A DNA stretch of 60,591 bases from an uncultured Bacteroides sp. GTDB taxonomy: Bacteria; Bacteroidota; Bacteroidia; Bacteroidales; SM23-62. How positions within the stretch are numbered: position 1 is the stretch's first letter; the number at the start of each line of letters is the position of its first letter. The translations under genes were made by a program, and so were the position numbers. The stretch is taken from contig CAZGOR010000001.1 in the NCBI GenBank assembly GCA_964527875.1, positions 1 through 60,591 on the forward strand. Direction: 5' to 3'. Below the pieces are notes generated by a model. That model worked only from the letters and a program-made list of their open reading frames with translations. It ran no database searches and was not told the origin of the DNA. Shown here in pieces: positions 27,261 through 36,079 of the stretch.

Positions 27261-30092
27261 ATGAAAAATTTCAGAATCAGGAATATTATTACCAGGTTAA
27301 TGCTTCTGGTATCTTCCACCTGGATATTATCATTCAGTATCTCAGCGCAGGAAGTATTTTCTTTCAATCTTGAAGATCCAATTCCTTTTGATCAGCAGAT
27401 TGAAAAGGGCAAATTCGATAATGGACTGACTTATTATATACGGGAAAACCAGAAACCGGAAAACAGGGCTCAATTCTGGCTTATTGTCAATGCCGGGTCC
27501 ATCCTCGAAGATGAAGATCAGCTGGGACTGGCTCATTTTACAGAGCATATGGCTTTTAACGGGACTAAAAACTTTGCCAAACATGAGATCGTCGACTATC
27601 TTGAATCAATTGGCATGCAGTTCGGTCCGGAAATCAATGCATATACAAGTTTTGATGAGACAGTTTATATGCTTCAGGTACCCACCGACAGTGTTCCACT
27701 GGTTGAGACAGCGTTTCAGATATTGGAAGATTGGGCAAGAGACATCAGTTTTGAGGAAGAAGAAGTGGAAAAGGAGCGTGGTGTGGTAATTGAAGAATGG
27801 AGACTTGGAAGAGGAGCCGATGGCAGGATGCGGGACATACAATTGCCTGTTATCTTTAAAGGTTCTCTGTATGCCGACAGACTTCCTATCGGGGAAAAGG
27901 AGATCATCGAAACATTTCAGGTTGAAACGATTAAAAGGTATTACAATGACTGGTACCGGCAGGATCTTATGGCTGTAATCGCAGTTGGTGATTTTGATAA
28001 AGATCATATTAAAGGGCTGATAAACAAACACTTCGGACAAACACCGGAGGCAGAAAATGCCAGATCCAGGGAGTCATATGTGGTACCGGATCATGAGGAA
28101 ACATTATTTGCCATTGCGACTGATCCGGAGGCTGCCAATACAGTTATATCAATTTACTATAAAATGGATCCTGAACCGGAAAAAGATGTGAATGATTACA
28201 GACGTATGCTGATAGAGCGTCTTAATATCAGGATGATGAATAACCGGTTTTACGAATTGCTGAATCAGCCTGATCCACCTTTTCTTTTCGGAGTTTCAAT
28301 GCACACCAGCCTTGTAAGGGTAAAGGATATATATTTACTGGGTGCGTATGTACGGGAGGATGGTATCAAAAAAGGACTTGAAACATTATTAACTGAAGCT
28401 GAAAGAGTGAAGAAGTATGGTTTTACCAGAACAGAACTTAACCGGACAAAGAACCAGTTGTTGAATGAATTGGAGAAATTATACAATGAAAGAGATAAAA
28501 CTGAATCACAGGCCTTTGCGGGAGAATATTCACGAAATTTTCTCGAAGGAGAACCTATACCAGGCATTGAATTTGAATTTGCAGCAGCAAAGGAACTGTT
28601 ACCGGGAATCAAACTGGAAGAAGTTAATGAGCTTATTGATCAGTGGATGAGTGATGAAAACCGGGTTGTTCTTGTCAATGCTCCGGAAAGGGAAGATTTA
28701 GTGATCCCGTCTGAAGATGTATTACTTGCACTTTTGAATAAGATTGATAAAACTGATATAGAACCATACGAAGACCAAGTCTCTGATCAACCTCTTATTA
28801 AAAATATTCCTGAACCAGCACAGATAATAAGGGAGAAGATGATTGAGGATTTAAATATTACTGAATGGACACTCTCCAATGGATGTAAGGTAGTGCTTAA
28901 ACCAACTGATTTTAAAAATGATGAGGTTCAGTTTTATGCTTTTAGTCCGGGGGGAACGTCACTAATTTCCGATGAAAAATATGTATCTGCAAGATCAGCA
29001 TCTGATATTATATCCATTTCCGGATTGGGAGAATTTGACCTGAATGCGCTTAATAAAAAAATTGCAGATAAAGTTGTTTCAGTCTTCCCGTATATCAATG
29101 AATTAAATGAAGGTTTTGTCGGTAACAGCACTCCTAAAGACCTTGAAACGTTGTTTCAGCTGGTTTACCTTTATATGACTGCTCCCAGGAAAGATCATGA
29201 TGCTTTTTTATCATATCAGACCAGGATGAAAGGATTTATCCAGAACCGGTCGGCTGATCCTGAATCGGCATTTTATGATACCCTGATGGTTACAATGGCT
29301 CAATATCATCTCAGGGTAAGACCATGGTCGGAGGAATTATTAAATGAACTTAATCCTGAAACCACCTATCATTTTTATAAGGAAAGGTTTGCTGATGCCA
29401 GCGATTTTACTTTCCTTTTTGTTGGCAACTTTGAAATAGAAAAAATAAAACCTCTTATCCTGACCTATCTTGGTGGATTACCTTCGACAAAACGTGAAGA
29501 ATCCTGGAGAGATGTTGGTATCAGGACACCGGAAGGGGTTATTGAAAAAACCGTATTCGGTGGAATTGAACCAAAAAGCAGGGTCAGTATCATCTTTTCA
29601 GGGCCCATGGAATGGTCGAGAGAAGAAAATTATTATCTGAAGTCCATGGCAGGTGTACTGGATATTAAATTGAGGGAGGTTGTACGTGAAGAAATGGGCG
29701 GCACTTATGGTGTAAGTGTTTCTTCAAGTGTCGATATTTATCCCATTCAGGAATACAGGGTTAATATTTCCTTTGGATGTGATCCCGGGAGGGTTGAAGA
29801 ACTTACCCGATCAATATTCAAAGTACTTGATTCACTGAAGACAGATGGACCTGAGGAGATCTATATCACCAAGGTAAGGGAAACACAACTGCGCTCATAT
29901 GAAATAAACCTGAAAGAAAACAGTTTCTGGATCAATAATTTGCAGAATTATTATTTTACCGGCCGTAACCCGGAATTAATACTGGAATATCCGGAATTGG
30001 TAAAAACCCTTGATGCAGATATTATTATGCAAACTGCTAATAAGTACCTGGATATGAATAATTATGTTCAGGTGAAGCTAATGCCGGAGTAG
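27261..30092 (+). CDS. M16 (pitrilysin/insulinase) family zinc peptidase, double-length
   Basis: HFTEHMAFNGT (HxxEH) zinc motif with a downstream E in EEEVEKERGVVIEEW. Signal peptide after MKNFRIRN (preferred start 27261; the ORF is open from 27225). About 940 aa fits two fused M16 halves. Confidence 0.85.
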   Translation: MKNFRIRNIITRLMLLVSSTWILSFSISAQEVFSFNLEDPIPFDQQIEKGKFDNGLTYYIRENQKPENRAQFWLIVNAGSILEDEDQLGLAHFTEHMAFNGTKNFAKHEIVDYLESIGMQFGPEINAYTSFDETVYMLQVPTDSVPLVETAFQILEDWARDISFEEEEVEKERGVVIEEWRLGRGADGRMRDIQLPVIFKGSLYADRLPIGEKEIIETFQVETIKRYYNDWYRQDLMAVIAVGDFDKDHIKGLINKHFGQTPEAENARSRESYVVPDHEETLFAIATDPEAANTVISIYYKMDPEPEKDVNDYRRMLIERLNIRMMNNRFYELLNQPDPPFLFGVSMHTSLVRVKDIYLLGAYVREDGIKKGLETLLTEAERVKKYGFTRTELNRTKNQLLNELEKLYNERDKTESQAFAGEYSRNFLEGEPIPGIEFEFAAAKELLPGIKLEEVNELIDQWMSDENRVVLVNAPEREDLVIPSEDVLLALLNKIDKTDIEPYEDQVSDQPLIKNIPEPAQIIREKMIEDLNITEWTLSNGCKVVLKPTDFKNDEVQFYAFSPGGTSLISDEKYVSARSASDIISISGLGEFDLNALNKKIADKVVSVFPYINELNEGFVGNSTPKDLETLFQLVYLYMTAPRKDHDAFLSYQTRMKGFIQNRSADPESAFYDTLMVTMAQYHLRVRPWSEELLNELNPETTYHFYKERFADASDFTFLFVGNFEIEKIKPLILTYLGGLPSTKREESWRDVGIRTPEGVIEKTVFGGIEPKSRVSIIFSGPMEWSREENYYLKSMAGVLDIKLREVVREEMGGTYGVSVSSSVDIYPIQEYRVNISFGCDPGRVEELTRSIFKVLDSLKTDGPEEIYITKVRETQLRSYEINLKENSFWINNLQNYYFTGRNPELILEYPELVKTLDADIIMQTANKYLDMNNYVQVKLMPE

Positions 30093-30481
30093 ATATAAGT
30101 CCCTTCATACATCCCTGTGGGAGTGGTTTCTGATGATAAGCTCATTTTCTGTTCATTAAATAGGATAATATTTTTCTGGAATAAGATGATATTTTTATTG
30201 AATTTTTATTAATATTGCGCACTATTTTTTTAATTTGCAAATTTAAAGTTCTAAGTCTGGATATGCTCGCTATTTATCATAAATACAGCTATTTAGAAGA
30301 TGCAAGGGTGATCAAAGGATATGCACCTGCATACTTTTTTTGGGTTATTCTTGCTACTCTTTTGTTTCTTCTCAGGAATATTATTATCTGAAATACCCTC
30401 CAAACATACTGGTGCGGATAAAAATACATAATCCGCAATTCTATTTTCTTAAGTTGAATAACCTAAATTATTTATGCAATT

Positions 30482-31066
30482 ATGGCTATTCTTACCAAAA
30501 AAAACAATATACACCAGGCACCAAAAATAATGGGGGGGATTATAACAGGGAATCGTATCCCTGTCGACTATTTTGAAACCTCAGGTACGGGGGAAAGTGA
30601 CATCACAATACATGCAGGTTCTTATCATCTGGCGTTAAGGTCGGCTTCTATTGAAATGTGCAATATTGTTACATACTCTTCAATTCTTCCAGGTATGGCC
30701 AGGAAAATTGAGAGACCTGACCATATCGAACACGGTGCCGTAATGGAATCCATCATGTCTGTTTGTCATGCTGAAAAAGGTGAGCGCGCATCGGCCGGGA
30801 TCATTTACGGTTGGTTAAATGATAAAATATCGGGCAAACGATTTGGCGGATTGGTATGTGAACATTATGGAAATTACGACGAAAAAGAGCTTGAACATAG
30901 ATTAAAAGCCAGCCTTGAAGAACTATACTGGAATGATTTTTCAGATCATTATCATCTGAATGATATCCATATCCTGTCAGAAAGCTTTATTCCAAGAAAA
31001 AATTATGGAACTGCACTGGTAGCCTTGTGTTTTACTTCATATTATTACCCGGTGATTGGAAAATAA
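30482..31066 (+). CDS. pdaD: pyruvoyl-dependent arginine decarboxylase
   Basis: 194 aa. The segment IPVDYFETSGTGESDITIHAGSYHLALRSASIEMCNIVTYSSILP matches the PdaD/AaxB family layout (recognised from memory). It is followed by agmatinase. Confidence 0.75.
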   Translation: MAILTKKNNIHQAPKIMGGIITGNRIPVDYFETSGTGESDITIHAGSYHLALRSASIEMCNIVTYSSILPGMARKIERPDHIEHGAVMESIMSVCHAEKGERASAGIIYGWLNDKISGKRFGGLVCEHYGNYDEKELEHRLKASLEELYWNDFSDHYHLNDIHILSESFIPRKNYGTALVALCFTSYYYPVIGK

Positions 31067-31084
31067 TTTAAAAAGTAATATTCT

Positions 31085-31945
31085 ATGATGCAGTATGGGA
31101 ACCTTCCGGAAAAATTTTCTGATAAAGATCAATCTGCTATCATTATCATACCGGTGCCATATGATGTTACCAGTACATGGATGAAGGGAGCTGATCTTGG
31201 TCCGCAGGCTCTGCTGGAAGCTTCTGCAAATATGGAATTATATGATATTGAAACAGGAACAGAGGTTTACAGGCATGGAATCCATACAGATGAATCTATT
31301 TCCATTTCCGACAATCCCGAATCTATGGTTCATAAGGTATCGAAACGGGTTTTATACTGGCTTAACAGAAACAAATTTGTTATTACAATTGGAGGCGAGC
31401 ATACTATCACTATCGGATCAGTTCAGGCCCACATGGAAAAATATCCGGGACTTTGCGTTCTGCAGCTGGATGCACATACTGACCTTCGACAGGAATATGA
31501 AGGATCATCTTTTAATCATGCCTGTACAATGGCCAGGATACGGGAAGGGTGTCAGGTTACCCAGGTTGGAATTCGCAGTATGGATATAGAAGAGATCAAA
31601 TATATCGATCATGACCGGCTTTTTCTGGCCTCAAAGATCATAAAGGATAATGAGTGGATACGGAAAGTTATTCAGACCCTGAATGACCAGGTTTACCTGA
31701 CAATTGACCTGGATATCTTTGATCCTTCCGTCATGCCTTCTACCGGGACTCCTGAACCCGGGGGATTAGATTGGCATGTTGTCTTGGATCTGATCCGGGA
31801 AGTTATTAAGGAAAAGGAACTGGTGGGTTTTGATATAATGGAGCTTTGTCCGAATAATCATAACAAAGCACCTGACTTTCTCGCTGCAAAATTGCTTTAT
31901 AAGGTTTTAAGTTACCGGTTTGCAAAAGTGAAGTTAAGAACATAG
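31085..31945 (+). CDS. speB: agmatinase (ureohydrolase family)
   Basis: 286 aa. Mn-binding motifs of the arginase family: GGEHTIT, QLDAHTDL, SMDIEE, and TIDLDIFDPSVMPSTGTPEPGG. Confidence 0.85.
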   Translation: MMQYGNLPEKFSDKDQSAIIIIPVPYDVTSTWMKGADLGPQALLEASANMELYDIETGTEVYRHGIHTDESISISDNPESMVHKVSKRVLYWLNRNKFVITIGGEHTITIGSVQAHMEKYPGLCVLQLDAHTDLRQEYEGSSFNHACTMARIREGCQVTQVGIRSMDIEEIKYIDHDRLFLASKIIKDNEWIRKVIQTLNDQVYLTIDLDIFDPSVMPSTGTPEPGGLDWHVVLDLIREVIKEKELVGFDIMELCPNNHNKAPDFLAAKLLYKVLSYRFAKVKLRT

Positions 31946-31961
31946 TTTAAAAAGTTATAAT

Positions 31962-32007
31962 AACCACAAAGTCGCACAAAGGATTTCACCAAGGTACAAA
32001 GGAATAC
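31962..32007. repeat. direct CACAAAG-type repeats (half-element related to 19105-19259 and 27037-27122)
   Basis: aaccacaaagtcgcacaaaggatttcaccaaggtacaaaggaatac, with CA(C/A)AAAGG words at a spacing of about 10-12 nt. Confidence 0.6.
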
Positions 32008-32162
32008 AATTGGAAAGACTTAACATACTCACACGCAAAATCCAAACTCACTAATATACCAGTATACCAATAAACTAATAAACCAATATTCCATTACACC
32101 AATATTCCATATAATGATAATTTTTGTACTTTAGTGAACCAGCAGAATCAAATTACTAAGCT

Positions 32163-32780
32163 ATGCATATTGCAGTTGCCGGAAACATAGGTTCAGGAAA
32201 AACCACCCTTACTTCTTTGCTAGCAAAACATTACGGATGGGAACCTCATTATGAGGATGTAGATGATAATCCATACCTGAATGATTTCTACCAGGATATG
32301 CAAAGGTGGTCATTCAATTTACAGATGTATTTTCTTAACAGCCGTTTTAATTTGATTATCGAGTTACAAAAGTCCGGGAAGGATGTCATACAGGACCGGA
32401 CAATTTATGAAGATGCTTATATATTTGCCCCGAACCTGCATTCTATGGGATTAATGTCGACCCGGGATTTTGAAAATTATTTTACTCTTTTCAATCTGGT
32501 AAGCTCACTGATCGATCCTCCTGACCTGATTATTTATTTACGTGCTTCCATTCCCACACTGGTCAACCAAATACAGAACAGGGGAAGGAAGTATGAAAGT
32601 AGCATCAGGCTTGATTATCTGAAACGGTTAAATGAACGTTACGAGGCATGGGTGGAATCTTATAAACTGGGGAAGATGCTAATTGTAGATGCTGATAATT
32701 ATAACTTTCCTGGGAGTACAGATGATTTAAGTTCAGTTATTGATAAGATCAACGCAGAATTACACGGATTGTTCAAGTAG
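32163..32780 (+). CDS. deoxynucleoside kinase
   Basis: 205 aa. P-loop GNIGSGKTT, then YEDVDDNPYLNDFYQDMQRWSFNLQMYFLNSRF and DRTIYED motifs of the dNK family. Confidence 0.85.
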   Translation: MHIAVAGNIGSGKTTLTSLLAKHYGWEPHYEDVDDNPYLNDFYQDMQRWSFNLQMYFLNSRFNLIIELQKSGKDVIQDRTIYEDAYIFAPNLHSMGLMSTRDFENYFTLFNLVSSLIDPPDLIIYLRASIPTLVNQIQNRGRKYESSIRLDYLKRLNERYEAWVESYKLGKMLIVDADNYNFPGSTDDLSSVIDKINAELHGLFK

Positions 32781-32941
32781 TTCCTGGTTCCAAGTTTATG
32801 GTGGGTATGAGAGGGGGATTGGGTTTCGTTTTTCAGCCTTTCGAATTTCGGATTTCAATACCATGTTCCTGATTGGTTTGGGTATTGTGTGTGGGTGTGT
32901 ATTTTAGAAAGTGTTTGATTTTTATTTTCAGGGGAAGAGCA

Positions 32942-33928
32942 TTATTTTAAGTTTTCAATTTCGCTTATTTTTTCTTTTACGATGGCCCATCGTGCTTCAT
33001 CCATTTTAGCTCCGATCACTTCTGTAATAAAACCTCCACATACAGCTCCCAGCTGTCCGCATTGATCAATAGATAATCCATTGCACATGCCGTAAATAAA
33101 TCCGGATGCATAAAGGTCACCGGCACCGGTTGTGTCTATGCTGTTTACTTCCACAATTCCGATTTTGGATTCCATATTTCCTTTTCTGACCATGGAACCA
33201 TTAACGCCCATTTTAATAACAGCAACATCACAAAAATCGGATAGAACCTTCAATGCATCATCTGAACTTTGCCCTGTAAAAACTTCAGCTTCCTGTTCAT
33301 TTGCAAATACGACATCAACATATTTAGTGATCATTGTTTTCAGGAATTCAATATTTTCCGCCACAACATTGTAACTTGCCATATCGAAAGTTACTGTAAG
33401 ACCATGTGATTTTGCAAGACGTAATGTTTTTTTTATCAATTCCTTATTCTGCACAAGATAGCCCTCGATATGAAGAATATCATAACCTTCATAAAGGTCA
33501 GAAGTGATATCTTCCTCGTGCAGGTCTACAGCAGCTCCCAGAAAAGTTGCAAAAGTTCTTTCAGAATCGGGACTGATCAGGGCGACAGATCTTCCGGTTT
33601 CTTCCAGACCATGAAACAAAACCGGGTTAATACCATTTTGTTTCATATCCTTTTCGAAGAATTTGCCAAGGTTATCTTTCCCTGTTTTCCCAACGAAGCC
33701 GGTTTGCACACCGAGATGAGCTAATCCATGTATTGTATTTGCTGCCGACCCCCCGGAAGACTGGAGTTTTTCAAGTCCCAGGGTTCCAGCCATCAGGCGG
33801 TTTGAAAATTCCTTGCTTACCAGCTGCATGCTGCCCTTTGGTAATCCGAATTCCTGCAGTATATCATCATTTTCCAGACGGGTCATCACATCAACCAGCG
33901 CATTACCTATTCCAAGTACATTGCTCAT
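32942..33928 (-). CDS. PfkB-family kinase, adenosine kinase-like
   Basis: 328 aa. An N-terminal GNALVD motif and a C-terminal DTTGAGDLYASGFIYG motif are typical of the ribokinase/PfkB family. Confidence 0.75.
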   Translation of the reverse strand: MSNVLGIGNALVDVMTRLENDDILQEFGLPKGSMQLVSKEFSNRLMAGTLGLEKLQSSGGSAANTIHGLAHLGVQTGFVGKTGKDNLGKFFEKDMKQNGINPVLFHGLEETGRSVALISPDSERTFATFLGAAVDLHEEDITSDLYEGYDILHIEGYLVQNKELIKKTLRLAKSHGLTVTFDMASYNVVAENIEFLKTMITKYVDVVFANEQEAEVFTGQSSDDALKVLSDFCDVAVIKMGVNGSMVRKGNMESKIGIVEVNSIDTTGAGDLYASGFIYGMCNGLSIDQCGQLGAVCGGFITEVIGAKMDEARWAIVKEKISEIENLK

Positions 33929-34038
33929 GTAGAAAGGGATTTAAATAAATAAACAAAGATATTGGATATTTCATATATTCCTATTATTTTCGCAGGGCAA
34001 TTTTCGAGGGATATTTTACTAACATAACAATTTAATAT

Positions 34039-34112
34039 TCCTCAGTAGCTCAGCAGGTTAGAGCATCTGACTGTTAATCAGAGGGTCGTAGGTTCGAATC
34101 CTACCTGAGGAG
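34039..34112 (+). tRNA. tRNA-Asn (anticodon GTT)
   Basis: Hand-folded: acceptor TCCTCAG/CTGAGGA, D-arm GCTC-AGCAGGTTA-GAGC, anticodon stem TCTGA/TCAGA with loop CTGTTAA, and T-arm GTAGG-TTCGAAT-CCTAC. Confidence 0.9.
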
Positions 34113-34125
34113 CAAAAAATATATT

Positions 34126-34476
34126 ATGAAACGATTATTTTAACTGGTTGTTCTGGTTATAATTGTGGTTTCCTGCAAAAAGGAACAAACCACCGGTGAC
34201 CTGTTTATCTCAACTGAATATGATGGAGTTGGAGAGGAAAATGTTGAGGTCTGGCTTTATGAATCTTATGACAAGTTTATGCGATATGAATATCTTGATA
34301 ATCAGTTCTCAGATGAATATGGAGAAGTATATTTCTATGAGCTTGATCCAGGATGGTATTATATTGAAGCCGAAAAACAGAAATCCTCATTGTTTAAAAT
34401 CTATGCTGTGGATTCACTGGAGATAAAAGTTAGTAGACGCACAAATAAAATACTGGTACTTACACCTGCCGACTAA
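34126..34476 (+). pseudogene. small lipoprotein gene with an in-frame TAA at codon 6 (or GTG-started truncated form 34165-34476)
   Basis: ATG at 34126 is in the same frame as the 34165 ORF. The reading is MKRLF*LVVLVIIVVSCKKEQTTGD, a textbook lipoprotein signal peptide and lipobox interrupted by TAA (34141-34143). Confidence 0.45.
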
Positions 34477-34482
34477 AAAAAC

Positions 34483-34511
34483 TCAGGACATGACTTCAAG
34501 TCATGTCCTGA
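34483..34511. terminator. bidirectional intrinsic terminator-like hairpin between convergent genes
   Basis: tcaggacatgact-tca-agtcatgtcctga is a perfect 13-bp stem, with an A-run upstream and attttcc downstream. Confidence 0.7.
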
Positions 34512-34518
34512 ATTTTCC

Positions 34519-36042
34519 TTAAGCAAACCATGGTCTTTCGCGGTTCAGTTCTCCCTGAAGGATATCAATAACCAGATTTACATCTTCAACAATTTGGAAA
34601 TCAAACATTCCCACGCATATAAAGTCGGCTCCATTCTCAAAAGCATACCTGAAACCATCCTCCGGTTTAATAGCGCCACCGGCCAGGACTTTAAATCCGA
34701 AAAGAGGGACATCAGAGTGTTTGAAGAATTCTACAGTCTGTTCAGGAAAAAGGTCGAAAATATTGTCATGGTACTTATTATGATCAAGAAAATATTCCCC
34801 GTCCACACTGAACTCTTCCCGGAATTCCCGCGGGTTTGCTGACCAGTACTGATCATGATGCACGGTCTTGAAATAATAATCGGGTTTCAGCCCGGTTTTA
34901 TCGCAGGCGATAGGTACCTGTATGGAATGGGAACCAACACCGGCTAATATTCCCTGGCTGCGGATAAATTCAACGGCTTCTATTAATACATCAATTTTAC
35001 CTTCCCTGACCAGCCTGTCACCAACACCACCCTGGATATACATAGTAGTAGCTCCGTAATCTATGGCTTCCTTGATTAAAACCATCGGGTCTTTTTCATT
35101 TTCCTGGACATGTACCTGGCAGATAGAGATCATATCACTGCCTGTTATCTTTTTATATTTATTCAGGATCGGATAAAATTGGTTGACCATATTGGTGGTA
35201 TTGATCCCAGCCTGTTCACAGATATTTAATGTTTCAAAAATTTTATTTTCAGAATTATACTGGCGGAACAGTTGACTGACATAATGCAAGTCCCTTGAAT
35301 GTGACCAACCACCTATCAGATTACATCCGAGAATCAGGCGGCTCATTTCAAGATCCCCGAGTTTACCTTTTGGCAATTCTCCCTTCAGATCACTTAAATT
35401 GAATTTCTTCAAAGCAATTGTTGCACCGGAAAGTATATCCGGTTCAATATTGTTGCTTCTTGCTGCTGACCCGACAACCAATCCTCCGAAAAACGGAAGG
35501 GTGATTAATCCTTTTAACAGTTCTCTTCTTTTAGAATGCGTGGTTTCATCAGAAGAAGATTTAGCTGGTTCCTCTTTTATCCTGTTTCTGAAAAACCTGA
35601 TGAACTTTTCGAGGCTGAACTCCTTTGCAGGCAGCAGATAAACAATAATGAGTATCAATGCTTCAATCAGGTTCCTGTTAATGATCCAGTAATTACCTTC
35701 TGTGTAAATGGAAAGGAATGAACTGCCAAAAGGAGGATAAGCAAAATAATAGAGAAGAAGCAACAAGATGCCGGCAACAGCAGCGATCCTGATAAACAGT
35801 CCTAGAAATAATCCGGCACCAATCAGGATCAATCCCCAGATATTCAGAAAATCGATAATGTTGATTAATCCCGGATCTGAAGCCAACCAATGGAAAAAAC
35901 CAGATAAAAATCCGTAGGATCCTCTGAGGTAAGCTTCAGATGACCACTCAGGATTGAATAATTTGATGATCCCTTCATATAAAAAGATCCAGCCGATGGC
36001 AATCCTTAAAATGAACAAAAAAATCGAGACATTACGTTTCAT
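34519..36042 (-). CDS. DoxX-family membrane domain fused to an uncharacterised C-terminal domain
   Basis: 507 aa. The N-terminal 150 aa have DoxX-like helices (RIAIGWIFLYEGIIKLFNP). An internal twin-arginine-like motif follows (SKRRELLKGLITLPFFGG). The remaining 300-aa soluble domain has an alternating beta/alpha pattern and I cannot name its family. Confidence 0.5.
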   Translation of the reverse strand: MKRNVSIFLFILRIAIGWIFLYEGIIKLFNPEWSSEAYLRGSYGFLSGFFHWLASDPGLINIIDFLNIWGLILIGAGLFLGLFIRIAAVAGILLLLLYYFAYPPFGSSFLSIYTEGNYWIINRNLIEALILIIVYLLPAKEFSLEKFIRFFRNRIKEEPAKSSSDETTHSKRRELLKGLITLPFFGGLVVGSAARSNNIEPDILSGATIALKKFNLSDLKGELPKGKLGDLEMSRLILGCNLIGGWSHSRDLHYVSQLFRQYNSENKIFETLNICEQAGINTTNMVNQFYPILNKYKKITGSDMISICQVHVQENEKDPMVLIKEAIDYGATTMYIQGGVGDRLVREGKIDVLIEAVEFIRSQGILAGVGSHSIQVPIACDKTGLKPDYYFKTVHHDQYWSANPREFREEFSVDGEYFLDHNKYHDNIFDLFPEQTVEFFKHSDVPLFGFKVLAGGAIKPEDGFRYAFENGADFICVGMFDFQIVEDVNLVIDILQGELNRERPWFA

Positions 36043-36079
36043 ATAATAAATAGTATTAAGATTAATATTGCTAATTTAC

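Noticed and set aside
30231-30238. The TAATTTGC sequence as a -7 promoter box for pdaD
   Set aside because: It is one T short of the TAnnTTTG consensus (TAATTTG). I could not support it as a promoter, so the transcription start of the pdaD leader remains unknown.
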